From contig JAGVEL010000017.1 in the NCBI GenBank assembly GCA_020058285.1, positions 2,027 through 66,026 of the forward strand: a stretch of DNA of 64,000 bases, written 5' to 3'. Every line of letters starts with the position of its first letter. The first letter of the stretch is position 1. This DNA comes from Candidatus Omnitrophota bacterium (GTDB lineage: Bacteria > Omnitrophota > Gorgyraeia > JAHJTE01). Shown in pieces: positions 62,201 through 64,000 of the stretch. Under the pieces are notes generated by a model. It did no database searches and was not told the DNA's origin. It saw nothing but the letters and a program-made list of their open reading frames with translations. Made by a program: the position numbers and the translations under genes.

Positions 62201-63999
62201 ACTGATTCCGGCGGCGCCTGAGCAACCTGTGACCATGCCTGGATATAGGCAATAATCTGCTCTTTGTAGGTTAGGAAGTAATTCAAGAATAAAAGCGCAA
62301 AGAAAAACGCAAGAGCAATATTGCCGTCATTAATAACAAGTCCGGCACCTGGCACAAAATATACTACATTGTTCTGACCTTCAGAATGTTGTTGGCCAAT
62401 CAACTCTCTAGTTTTATAATCTGGCGAAAGGCCAAATCTAGTGAGAAGTTCTTCTGCCCTTTTAGCTTCCTGAGTCTCAAAAAGTTCTGGTCTTTTCTCG
62501 TTAAATCTCAATATCTTGTTTACTAAATCATCATAAGCGCCCTGCTCTAACTCAATAATCGATATATATAATGAATGACTCTCGCAACTACACCTTAAAA
62601 TTACCCGATTAACAGTAAAGTAATGTTCGACGAACTTAAGCCAATCAAAATCATAGGTGTTTATTTCTGTTTGCGATATGAAAGCCTTAAATGAATCCTG
62701 GATAATACTGCGTTCATTCTCGGCTATATGTGATATTTTTTGATCTTTAAAATTATAAGCAATGTCCAAATCTGAAGTTGCCAAAAAGCCATTGTAAGTA
62801 TTAAGCAGCATACTCAAGGCTTGGCTGCCAAATATACAAAAATCTAAAGATGAATCTATCTTTTCCTCAATAAGTTTTAGAGCCTCGACAAAAAGCGGGT
62901 GTATGGTAATTGTGTGCATTAATCCCATACCCTCAACCGGACATTGTAGATGATAACAATTATTTTTTGGATCAAGCTGCAAAGAGTCTTTAAAAGGAGT
63001 AAGTGTATGGCCTATATCTTTATCATAAAAATCTGCCTGGAACTCAAAATCAATCTTTCGTTCATTAACTAAAAACGCCGTAATCATTTTGGCTATTCTG
63101 TTACAATCGCTCCTGGTTAAAGAAAATCCTGTAATGAATTCTTCGCTGTCTAAAGAAACATCTTTAAAATCGCTCTTTAAATGAAGTAATTTACTGCGCA
63201 AGCTAAGAAGTGCGCTATCGCATAAAATATCAGGCTGATTTTTATAAAGCTCAGCTAATAATGCAACGCCTCGTTTATGATTATGGTTTATTAGTAGCCC
63301 GATTACATAACTCTCGCGGATTGTTCTAGTTAGAAGCGTATCGTCTTCTTTAAAAAGCGCACCCTGTAAAGTCCGTAAAAGATAATGAGGAGATGGGAGC
63401 CATATCTTTATCTTATCTATCTGCGCTAATACCACAATACTCTCTATCGCAACATAGAATTTTCTGGCTCCTATCTCAAGATTTAGTATCTGGTCAAAGA
63501 AATTGCCTACCTCATCATATTTTAAATTCAATTCTTTGCTCAATATCAAATATTCAGCTATTTCGTGGAATATTGCTATGGGCTGATTAAGAAGCGATTT
63601 ATGGAGGGCAACTAGGTTGGGATTGGCAAAACCAAACAAGTCTTGGAAAGGTGTTAAATAGGCATAAAATTCGGGTGGAGAATCTTCCAAGGCCTCTAAA
63701 AATGCTTCTAATAGCTGTTTATGAGCAGGAAAATCTACGCTTAACCTATGCAGCGCGTCAGCTAAAAGTTTATTATCTATTTTCTCCAATTCTAATTCAC
63801 CTAAAAAGCTGTTATTCTCTGTTGAAACAACCTGAGCAAATTTTTTCCCACCTCTATCTATTATCTCGCTTACCTTTGCGCGTTTTCCTATCTGTGGCAG
63901 GTCGTTATTTAAGTAATCCCCAATTTTCCTGAGTAACTCCAAAGCTGCAATATCTCTAGCCTCGCTAGCCGCATTTTTCTTCGAACTTCTTGCTATCTG
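35239..63999 (-). CDS. Giant modular multi-enzyme membrane protein (>9,580 aa; 5' end lies beyond the window)
   Basis: No stop codon over 28.7 kb. The frame stays open upstream of the track's TTG at 63942 (QIARSSKKNAASEARDIAAL) to the window edge. Many recognisable domains are separated by SSP[ILV] linkers. Confidence 0.93.
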   Translation of the reverse strand, partial: QIARSSKKNAASEARDIAALELLRKIGDYLNNDLPQIGKRAKVSEIIDRGGKKFAQVVSTENNSFLGELELEKIDNKLLADALHRLSVDFPAHKQLLEAFLEALEDSPPEFYAYLTPFQDLFGFANPNLVALHKSLLNQPIAIFHEIAEYLILSKELNLKYDEVGNFFDQILNLEIGARKFYVAIESIVVLAQIDKIKIWLPSPHYLLRTLQGALFKEDDTLLTRTIRESYVIGLLINHNHKRGVALLAELYKNQPDILCDSALLSLRSKLLHLKSDFKDVSLDSEEFITGFSLTRSDCNRIAKMITAFLVNERKIDFEFQADFYDKDIGHTLTPFKDSLQLDPKNNCYHLQCPVEGMGLMHTITIHPLFVEALKLIEEKIDSSLDFCIFGSQALSMLLNTYNGFLATSDLDIAYNFKDQKISHIAENERSIIQDSFKAFISQTEINTYDFDWLKFVEHYFTVNRVILRCSCESHSLYISIIELEQGAYDDLVNKILRFNEKRPELFETQEAKRAEELLTRFGLSPDYKTRELIGQQHSEGQNNVVYFVPGAGLVINDGNIALAFFFALLFLNYFLTYKEQIIAYIQAWSQVAQAPPESVNSPWSIVYSQNSFLSSSPIQVTYPKPSALKQQLQPENTPKTKTLLISSSPINVVDLAQNKNTLLTQLLYLLDNSYIDSWNVLHGENNLCEEILKSEPFHKLDNKTLVILKINMFAIRRCPMSEEELIRFLIFLDAYIRDFYNPERLNFSLLVEVAGVTGQLLFRFNQDFINALLGTTDSEQAIENAYKYQMDLVYDKSGFRWAILGTYITLNIGFRRWVKEKINGIGENKPSRILSLGMGKAPVEAELVKDGHDIVGIDIAEQMVQIAKEAGIKAYVGNAADLLEVLEVNTDTEKFDIVLFQESMCNMREVSQILSKVSQVLNNNGMVVILDYLWPEKLIGRFHIRGAPPEYVAKECRLAGLEAESIMKFRVEVGQDEPVIVSEGLCNMYYLAARKNLPSSPLISQSDSSSHNILLQLKRLLSVLSLINNKLKLSQFKLFIFDYDDTLGKFRTAISKPMLALLLLLKLGKDIAIITGRSMHNVNGIPGLDELLVKYIDKQTRIKYAHKIHLFTDTGGCSWHFDGNGELTFDNNNSNIIDSEARRHILSQMMDVIDELRLRKYFEDGRLKLLDNRDSVVSLLITDSVLGVHAKQIAEKLNEKIRDETLHIFYTPEVVDVAVVLKGEAVLSLIQRLNIPLKKTIIFGDSLNDHSMLALPEVSAIYAGFEQNLSAALGKKVTYTKVPGPEGVLEFLNEMQSSPLGSQSGSIGEQFEIVTAESSDYSRFAEEALRLSTESAASDFRAVISFDLINFDLTDRIRDMIKAWAVRSRDGGNIVGLRTLMMLRKFMFNELCSILSPDIRIEDFAEGDIARSPTHVSNNIGYNLFKVSLRYLQDQGIRYYLAHIDEVNNLRSSNMVRAVVRDIRVRLIRAKPDGNTFLMDLFPGKLFPAWMSRVEVLYEPGKQSESSSPLSGTLPRFNFLLVAGIFTILSLIGFSSAHASTLLGTVSPQSTVHSPLLLTFLSILPLVLTYFIYNLKDDQTARRFIDFGLSPEAIKLDRKNPGDYIINTRDLEVTGEYDPKRLWVMDRLRQDDGVRKIVSLGDLLARPLSLDGDLKFRLLTDGERGNNNNGVYLGFVKGIGKPVVVEKLGQASEYSIKKAIYLTQFTDIIGVGPKFCDIISLGNNELAYVMQAVGGRFLSASELEALSAEGASVNILKTRLLEYGLSCTPQCLVSSDNTLAVVIDSGDLYLKREFHQGLPLDLALNKILEQKRSASSPILVSSPISIFTKIKNSKLARLAIVLAGLSCILYFSGAFSWYWSLSNVNILAFIVLGSAIITVIFDFITVYLRTNPTPYNILRIPLELAIGAVNGWIFRIMQLGIENYFPKTGEYGLARSFGLWSAAAVNFVVYCVYKKFEQRLLKTESKVDLKIIIDILAVEALLLFKYPIAQSLPDNVAFTFLQFMNIPSLAVMIWGLNLGRPFLNLYDKLHLEKPINLLRSIIKTKKAHLVIVGAIVALISISLIWPEFAKERLIELGGNHDYHLSWRNIGLFIGFPAVILSLISYLSLFKIKRLENITKIFTNDRLREKLDLYYFTLVTLFLTVAIYSNIAVYILENHTLYLTGCADAEPKSAIALVLLWLIYKWPGIFSRQEHNNFNQHHLFGNRKLAIISLSFACLLLLYLLFITPSFLDQLPFLSLNPSGTLLARFDINYRPSTIDYGPLLAGFGFIAVGLRNNSWVAKMWLGLRLTGRIVLNCLSVSIEEFERLLDREFGDGFAASQFVCKHRLMYDPGLGEWVEPTDDDIASIRAFSRKVDEVYYRYEKKFRWTSPYFSWVAGWLAASCIHFKYNFSVYISAILKIIGGAVLGVGILCLAFYLWYLISLNYGLSLSAVALAKAGTVDQGLIMAGFGFLGMTKANRFPKTGQEVKVIYYWASGIDVETVRQLSQRFPDVEQIYLQDPAFSRDIGSPEKIPSQWGFLYGRVKELIEKVKEQFHLQKEHFHGFHVISKETSNPLNIILEGRQISQLKTLPFRKPTVHIVKVPGDNSALSLFVSFYSHLIRLMRIGDYLFIHKSYLRTDILDDALSGLEGIDAKEFGMKEPKIVQQNWICDLTLADVPKGEDELPKIKTKRLPYVRSGWVVYRKQKKSGPDFVNRKGREDRFERVIIILALGFGIFCFISSICNLLTMDHACLPDRQGLTLAGFGFLALFRKSRERAEEHDPNVISATPAEISSSPITSPETGWGLFKALINKFPWKILGGVFLGIGILCLMPYLGHLISIPALLGFSEGGNCGPLTMDHGPMLAGLGFLGMFALYEQFLRLFSPAEPPFQASKGFERMHLIKIEKRHKSDPPLSVELKFQPLEGLHRFISDFYYAYYNEMAWGVLKDEDVIATYPFGNCLAVAFQGERQGEIITGLTHISQRIGALKENYWAVKSLIDYLKNNLGLERVRIFLQSNSEDNKYLIDLENEVSQCPDTEIFVLPARIYPLYKNQITYLLVTNSAALFVTSGESLCLFWNDSKDAIRDDIGHHAQDLSQLHNEVNLDNPRFRIGGEIQGEPVRTLKDSSLDLEDVSKATTSSSSINYPEPAQRLSKTLIAKLPDESLSGNVVGQPWRTYEANVLEIGYGRGKFLVQQARQNPDKLFVGIEQPPGSPFSSAGEKLPTRIEKKKIKNIKIVYGDVRELVSQLFRRDQLEKIYIISPWFGEGKTLERFRLFPPQEAYGNDFAQALFDRLKVGGEIQILVVDAEYTDEITGHFNSIKGEKQIFVTSDIPDYIVTEMSIFQAYFLRIVKTAPGNTLAQTSSSPISIFARVKNNKWIKIIAKIFTRECLKANIIYLIYKFRKVITINFNNKTPVVLIFGLPASGKTTLGQSLSKKLGIPFISTGELLRKEVNARQALLAHRTPSRVMDKYLYWVLVRSGINLLDISKGLIIDVSPSSSDNLKTLYSFINYMGFNIQAVIYISVNRTIAQNRWLKRRRYADRRQAERIFDRRAKTLCDVVIPELEEFNEQGKLIRINGNKRLPADGEITEILKEKGLPSTPTKTSSSPIGYPEKETKDLVGQGNDYLSVLERLTCLADSQYTTEINQSLKKLILKAKEGAKINNRTEEFINILKLYLDGTNYEIVEFVRKQLISLRSILKQELTHSYAKPKTRIELLRQHRASLDKDIVLFIDPAEDIILYRIGKDDKGKTPVNLINETAEKIMDSENHKSLLIVGLPSAKDGRLPRIFDRKLYVPFAFAKTAVLVTKTPYGQKVFRKVSVLEDRRYIERALKVIDDLKGREIDWRELEGYGIMLRSLFGVRRVSGTIKVDKCGNVTRENKSISFSELPDELLKYIEEERIYPELFDKHGKLLCTFSDSSSLADDLEENIAVLTSHERGKYRFGRSLHFIGGSYDVVISFNKTIWPLQAICAGDIDNFNEKINKFIQVELQRDIGENDDFLFTCSPTAIDKVLAREFKDIADGSILRVKYLRVLSNRKLNFNGEHPVDTKFVQPGDYVVAWFIKDGVKPLLLQYMKIEDYEAQEFLKAAVAESSKVYDGRGNLRMTFCHHRSTLEEIRKITSADGQGAAKLIWSTDGDGCWRFRIDTKNKKSRQYLRYRIGVKNQPLVVWTNPVTGYPELAITLEDLRNLTTSSIVYKLSNNNSRGSKNTELVSRLNSELKQNEKLLQEISGYPLEKIFAKYPHLTRAVLYRRDNSTNTLCGNFTGKFRKVSAHQLRSDNRKNSATSRKIMQIIYSVLSKVGIRPADLEAALEDRRNSINWLMVRYTQPDTIQAARLAILYLICNADATPIDVEQDVINGWIDEWREKYTNIETVLTDFAELERKLRELEEDVGAKPVVNSIVHTEKRTIILDILSEIWRYIPKTRIERMLDFPRVLIGKFEQEKQRRAQLCIWARLDEPCREDSDVDYKILALTLKEKLVGIISDDCLEAERLSGQEDSASVFSARRIMSELTAVLELDKKLGTGFISKELRTEITTMTSHVAGVLSTRRAERVEKDTQNRNNHDSNGSIDLTHSRNNFHHSLPNPWESEIGSLEGRNSRNLRRYNQRFEQGNNILSASSPLRPGGELFGFSLVAKETNPDWQVRQISSSSPVDAEGPENPEFKVFYTSEESPKDNPFKAQIEELLDKARNNIIQSLDDFPGSKEEPYLVPVLQGGNFTHPHWQEVFKPIFEHLDLLNGFDLVGSLNKTLKDMTEFIKQDLNIILVGGPRYIHFHKNNQFVIAYLDIEQKTLYISLKFFNSRYLLRHTSLVLQFIAEAVSRIKFSSRENIPPEIKQLITMLDLPDSLIKTINYYLYQQYDYDDKALRDLRTQTQVAQTAGYLQRCNLSPTQLFLDKFREGARFLSIVFAPLSSELYLLLKDIASAIPDLSQQGKLTHLVFYYHEEIAKIQKAVNRYIEADKDEIDKRRKELLSLIDETLKYRTGFLKISLPAEFEQYEQEYNKDAEDLRQKASRAYMDVFDKVRRANRTNNKHPIKIIFIDGDSSAQVAAKKLRRIIFNHNPKACILIHGNAYHLLKGPIFEEHFGASRPIKRINKQGLLKYQLQDIIGTSGFQTIFYTTLQRTLSDSANPEDSLTSAARDWHFGSFALDRIENSPVAEELVAYWLWQMKYGEVADGVIFALDRRDDGGEPETVWTGITSDSDKQPKPVPVSTPIASEIPANITHIFNEKGYRIASSPITSSTIKDLAEAINEYTSKAAVSVDLSQQGKVRLISGDVELAEITITNEHPFYLVANRLNIRVINFSREVEQWIVEKLFMTLQNEHRQGVSRPKRRYSDLSPKWTAARKQAGTGFAYDVLINPEEKDYGSPEWDAKEVELEIQIIKYRFLSVLKDDTHFYKRDIDALLRPEGTQLKPKSLFRIVNAFNDWFGKIWDPVFCKHLAWEHYEKNRLILIDYIKGLLPYLEAYDNEHKTDLTTFAKISLSLLERLGKSRISESEYEEFIRKAKALSMPESSSPIEPPDSRQGGGKNHRANGNRRKTRRYHFEDFLYIDSRKFLEIYPLIIEAIRGKALSEDEMKWLKGFARLFDETGKMSVTSKHQDALTFADLRWVLEYGLDYRQDESLEEEKDFRFPYICQYTLFGVSEICARNSIAHKWLTTNEPGEKNWHNFPVIKILGVEFILDVAYEQFYDLYWQNQLNCKIVLLPYALVKQGLFKDRSYMYTDWPEITRINLSPTGAVESYEIRDRHKDGRVLLRGDYLTGSEFILSLVSGGESTIYLQGDSHDSAITIKDDYEGNLAFIVGKNLVGSNKINTEGIERIEIWRATDDRCSLCIIRKTNKKDLPPLNPRQGGAVSSPVESRSISCYLLTKYLLVNLETRMAYFGLSDELKERVRNILGDIKSLGVFRDGEYVYNPLLLNLFRKLKIDMPLAYLYAQAYALAKTTPHLNDLDEAAVDDCIEKILKLKPRFIRSLFCEYFPYLVKLEDKITVDSEFIATHVGKENFIRQLIGSFFTQNLEFTNSASTNFTLLITGYKDEIKKLQKIINQFFSELGQKDYLDELLKQARELRHNKKGILGFSGRLTDLETSFEEQLGVLGVKTVEDKFKKQELESLAEAIERLPLYKERAAKLNSYEDVAIKVFLTDPDEAVQQCSETQKQKLSTAITATSLELISYWQVAYAVILANLAHFDQETFKFFKERVPILLPQDQHKGKKKGERRDLRPILIGRNGLARVINEYFVFGVDPNDIYLDGWGASVEKEDCRRVGVNEPYLKSLDQSIDFFNEYRETEAYKKFGLGPRIINSIFPIIEAFRKIDQREQGRAKCVDFALLYAALLVALDIVSQDKIFIIGNAGHLFVYIDEDDGYLVSNKLIFDKEMIASGDRRAEEALRTCTGSAVSNIFTFKGFYDAYRGMNNENNGFSSIPGQELKRILEKIDTFFGFPLRKYNLSDVKYVDSPAIMPDLKQFINPERLDNGAIKLGEFRVEEFKQEMYRLAQQYRETQPDSPLCFLAYAARDLLNVEYPEVFAIANNRDWLVREAAEKIATSIDDAIKYAREGLKLGKAFLARLKIPRPDEVIRFGTNEPAHLVPVLYGLIYHSPHISQAEKQEMYYVYADDDSFVYVNGKFISTKTFEVTNEIPKNITHIFNEKGHYESIASSPVPEKSSYSQRDEGLSQQGCIVKATISTAAGFLEVIYSQDGAENNFYELWLNGERIDQNNYGHPGIFYDNPAGFCFIVREDTRGGILEVPYLSLESQYQWLGIGSALVSWLSQQASEKDINTLLSGKTKNINAIKIFLGALEEGSRKFEIEVLTIFGHTFWRRISYRKLLSLFEKEPYKNFMRISGRPRTSSPVTQTAVAALFANLKLFLKGQSYLKEVPKTIKAIIFIGVIVTSVAFAFVSIWIDTLSQSAWFLFFIQFLPYAASALILCAAASLFGQWRKGAVATWQLIKNYTIVQFGIEAYWYCIFVGLSLTYDKLSIDRPLHISFSVLTIVIFNLINASLTSSLIEVLNYPANLLEFFLRKHVYKLTLEQSRREKKENLWKLTWFSLKWWWVVGLVIFSDVNITFFDTTIHLKPTEWVFVVVIATSILEFLFSKKKANILDGRLIQQNNEVYSKMPVIGCDVASMPQQIHYQQDDGQGNDLSTSSPLKSKGSFEHYMGNKVINSFSSQQGYFTLEKISSTGYQTILKIEAKLLAVALDVIQRKRIAMTGEGNLLFLAGILRGDYHTNIYSVLEYSFKARQMLEQDKWWQVEDISDIEIVNLHRMPKVNLCKIFGFLESMAAKGLTWFDFIREYPIEVLKLTDDTFFILDGSHRLETAILLGERKIRAKVYSIKQGSEIGSRVIEFAAKRRQELNKQYQFDTAQRRFTDDADKIIKISFGTRQLESPKLCQYLWSTDQPKEIAIFYFPEIFYKAGYIKPGRINTHSPAFAYFKAFILACLGSGSIEDDILVSVIKDIRRKQKTVSSPVRQLNNSGQRHYHRENADPWSGVFESEDLEEDWLGYHHKSRNSSRARHYQQGKQSRRSARAKGKSQQETQFDMVAVTGTLASLLRHGAIFYDFSLDEFGFVSLETVLPILQQEYNGLEKKDLIDLAENDPDGRFEIKQNRIRARYGHSIKVLPVGEPIEPPEFLYHGTPTANTQAVLCSGLKSMRRQFVHFSLDPDKALSIALRRARNVTALKIKAREAHESGVKFYREADVFLAGFIPGNFIVATELTAARSAADIQHGCVNLNESAIIRRFAKEDGYVVLDTQMANKQTLLRIDERLFRVIHAAEYCLSQEMAVPIEANLLIMTDMFREIPIGDLRIAGPDYIVKARHLTEDQKWWQEVGLKEIPIAEIQRMHSSHLFRYLRFLDYLCDNKLFWEDFIDSYPIDVFQLPWGSYFTLDGMHRLDLACLVGAQTITSRIYHNKIDDPNGHLMSGWMVGYAKELEKEYRFSNFKERFIHQLYALTPLLNAFPQFSSYEHKGDRLTMTFNFPALPAIPLLPIENNIEFIYLVSLAQNITGMGSERFVNRLLEEWRKINKQIQGSSPIGNDDTNPKSSSAKRFWPGSGDLKSPQSTVNGPRLTETRQHSPSARCGLSGICRDEPQRADGSEFGLGRVAHYRHNTSEENPRVGNNELVRQEQSILEELKNQLGKAHVSASLVSSLFDRLKSDKKVTEKAVILSALIKNLLIRFTRRRRYQNFEAEDISKPIYIAEALIASPDIIERAGELLSLTSKLKMTKGVRRELGESIKKAEEGKGGRFKRSVFDMICIDAKNHKANIGKAFVVDCINDYYVLLSCGHLSKSARTGILKINEKAKKTVGRTFIVMDNESDDISVLLMHKRDVNRKVFKDGKLVPIKLLLTPPARRFAWVIKGSNHDVSVGHLVLTGDKVVLLGANTYRGDSGAPYLIRIGKGYFVIAVHGYPGPVGRRLTHKIFAEMNIALQGKESNFSLVVSNDSFIETIREFLQKQLQNDKGVKCATLHSNSLSLGDGVRKHIHPHGKEKGRGGKAYCQNPKGEQGFGEFNNPRTTVAHSLTNRVFGRDEPQRADGSEFGLDRVAHWPGNYQSSSPLADDDVTKYMHPYWEEKGWKWEKPSLTDIRFITIRFLDPIQFVYSCWPRTPSEEGELHPKRAQNASQILKAYYYMDPENAYKIFSNVFGISEKFGQITSYLAPDLAADMFNYSMNIKPSWDRKIEGNIPIVWLTRAEFSQVSMSQYLSDLLVELIIKKNYTSELWRKEMLAIRSAIQKELLAIGKERLIKIFGEDQEILDWLKQNFPEVFKTFEAIPAESDIGVAAGVLPIENLDETVSSPVQQNNKKCLVLDADGILWSGIVGEDGFNGIKITEEHKEFQKTVRALKERDIILAINSKNNPEEVIGVLERHPEMILRKDDFTIIKANWQDKATNLREIAEELNIGMDSLVFIDDSPHERELIRLSYPEVFTPDIPDRPIERIQLLIGSGLFPEGKITEEDRRRTQLYLAKSKRDELKGQAVSLEEYYRSLDMKIIIREGQENLPYISRIFQLTQRTNQFNLTPGERSKEVVKWDVRGVGSLTAKIFTLELIDKFGNAGIVGVMRLGRGYNICEWEIDTFCLSCRAIGLTVEHAFMAYVVNQLREQGVTTLQGTYIPTSKNALVKDFYRQLGFRLVREGSLKHRHGQKVLYWQANLDEISLKSPEWITLLGSEDFKAEDRLKLTQDLFSSTFDINELASEWFKLARNNGLSDQKLKETWQLALNEIPNEDILRKLLRLEINFLGFELYREIKGDCHFLRVPCDQEREAEKKLEQDGFIIIAVCETGRERWGNDFNEVTVHYSITYVEPGHIDDVEITRYAKPLYTYFNRELKNKSWIGRLYDLVFEYKLPPEEDIYHLLRNTLKDILMDFDDRTDKEWKEYLDTYYIRRTNLQELVDKDELGGYVHPRWRENPWKWGAPSLEKMKSAIKKDVSTWVYNLFSKRDGFDSGYIEDLKDDFIAYYYLDPYNIYEALSLLGRERSSFDYILSKLPIDLTVDMIHYCLGQLRLDKYRGQEYKQGNNVSKIIVGFILNCDEKVEPICGHLSEEEMFEVIEDIKYYGDVSYHRGEILKELQSFGIQKIKRIIEAGAISNYILEWLQKKFPEVFK
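36570..37645 (-). other. FkbH-like HAD-IIIC phosphatase + GNAT domain within the giant ORF
   Basis: KCLVLDADGILWSGIVGEDG, SKNN, VFIDDSPHER, QRTNQFN, DKFG..GIVG, LSCR, YIPT.KN. Confidence 0.9.
38790..39290 (-). other. Trypsin-like serine protease domain within the giant ORF
   Basis: LLSCGHL (His), DDISVL (Asp), RGDSGAP (Ser), IAVH in the correct order. Confidence 0.8.
40915..41415 (-). other. RNA 2'-phosphotransferase (KptA/Tpt1) domain within the giant ORF
   Basis: LLRH, GRF, IRARYGHS, LYHGT, GLKSM.RQFVHFS, G..FY motifs. Confidence 0.92.
43650..43830 (-). other. GNAT acetyltransferase-like domain within the giant ORF
   Basis: YQWLGIGSALV motif A; N..AIKIF motif B. Confidence 0.65.
44940..45095 (-). 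other. Transglutaminase-like (Cys-His) core within the giant ORF
   Basis: RAKCVDFALLYAALL...GHLFVYI. Confidence 0.6.
53290..53810 (-). other. Adenylate/NMP kinase-like P-loop domain within the giant ORF
   Basis: LIFGLPASGKTT...ISTGELLRKEV...GLIID...RING. Confidence 0.85.
54000..54520 (-). other. TrmB-like (tRNA m7G46) methyltransferase domain within the giant ORF
   Basis: VLEIGYGRGKFL...A.QNPD..FVGIE...NIKIV.GD...LKVGG.I. Confidence 0.82.
60120..60890 (-). other. HAD-IIB hydrolase domain within the giant ORF
   Basis: FIFDYDDTL, IITGRS, KG, FGDSLNDHSML. Confidence 0.88.
61015..61505 (-). other. Class I SAM-dependent methyltransferase domain within the giant ORF
   Basis: ILSLGMG, VGIDIAEQMV, FDIV, VL..NG.VVI. 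Confidence 0.82.
62500..62845 (-). other. CCA-adding/poly(A) polymerase head-like nucleotidyltransferase domain within the giant ORF
   Basis: FGS...LL...SDLDI, FTVN, G..DL..KILR resemble class II NTase motifs, but are diverged. Confidence 0.6.
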
Positions 64000-64000
64000 C

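Noticed and set aside
63550-63650. Zincin metalloprotease motif in the giant ORF (FHEIAEY)
   Set aside because: HExxE rather than HExxH, and I cannot identify a third ligand; not supportable as an active peptidase.
35781-63932. Numerous short ORFs (mostly + strand) overlapping the giant gene, and similar ones opposite housekeeping genes
   Set aside because: Shadow ORFs with no recognisable motifs, fully overlapping well-supported genes.
63940-63942. TTG start of the 9567-aa ORF given by the track
   Set aside because: The frame is open to the window edge and there is no evident RBS, so the true start is most likely upstream of the window.
35239-64000. CRISPR array or integron cassette array suggested by the recurring SSP DNA motif
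   Set aside because: The motif is only about 9-14 nt, degenerate, irregularly spaced (tens to thousands of nt) and in frame; no cas, intI or attC-like structures were seen.

Overview
AT-rich bacterial chromosome segment with almost every gene on the - strand. It is probably Candidatus Omnitrophota (OP3), inferred from the giant multi-enzyme ORF, the TTYYPSP-motif secreted proteins and the Zn-ribbon SpoVG. 1-17.8 kb is mostly housekeeping: pth (partial), rplY, prs, glmU, a four-helix-bundle gene, tRNA-Gln, spoVG, ispE, split transketolase, a TPR protein, a 33-aa bS22-like ribosomal protein missed by the ORF track, hisG, two paralogous Cys-rich secreted proteins, a BrnT/BrnA toxin-antitoxin pair, a QueG-like Fe-S protein, mnmG, apgM, and nrdJ with tandem NrdR boxes. 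18-35 kb is a carbohydrate locus (LacI, ROK, tandem-CBM protein, TPR-GH-A hydrolase, MFS and ABC transporters, GH94 phosphorylase) next to two PilZ proteins and a PilZ-ROK fusion. 35.2-64 kb is one reading frame that stays open to the window edge (>9,580 aa). It is built from unrelated enzyme and membrane modules separated by at least 22 S-S-P-[I/L/V] linkers, with duplicated module ends and in-frame palindromic DNA insertions. The most notable signals are this linker-punctuated polyprotein-like architecture, a dispersed family of about 160-180 nt multi-hairpin elements with compensatory base changes, and a TA module bracketed by a duplicated gene 3' end. All domain calls come from reading motifs by eye; no searches were run.
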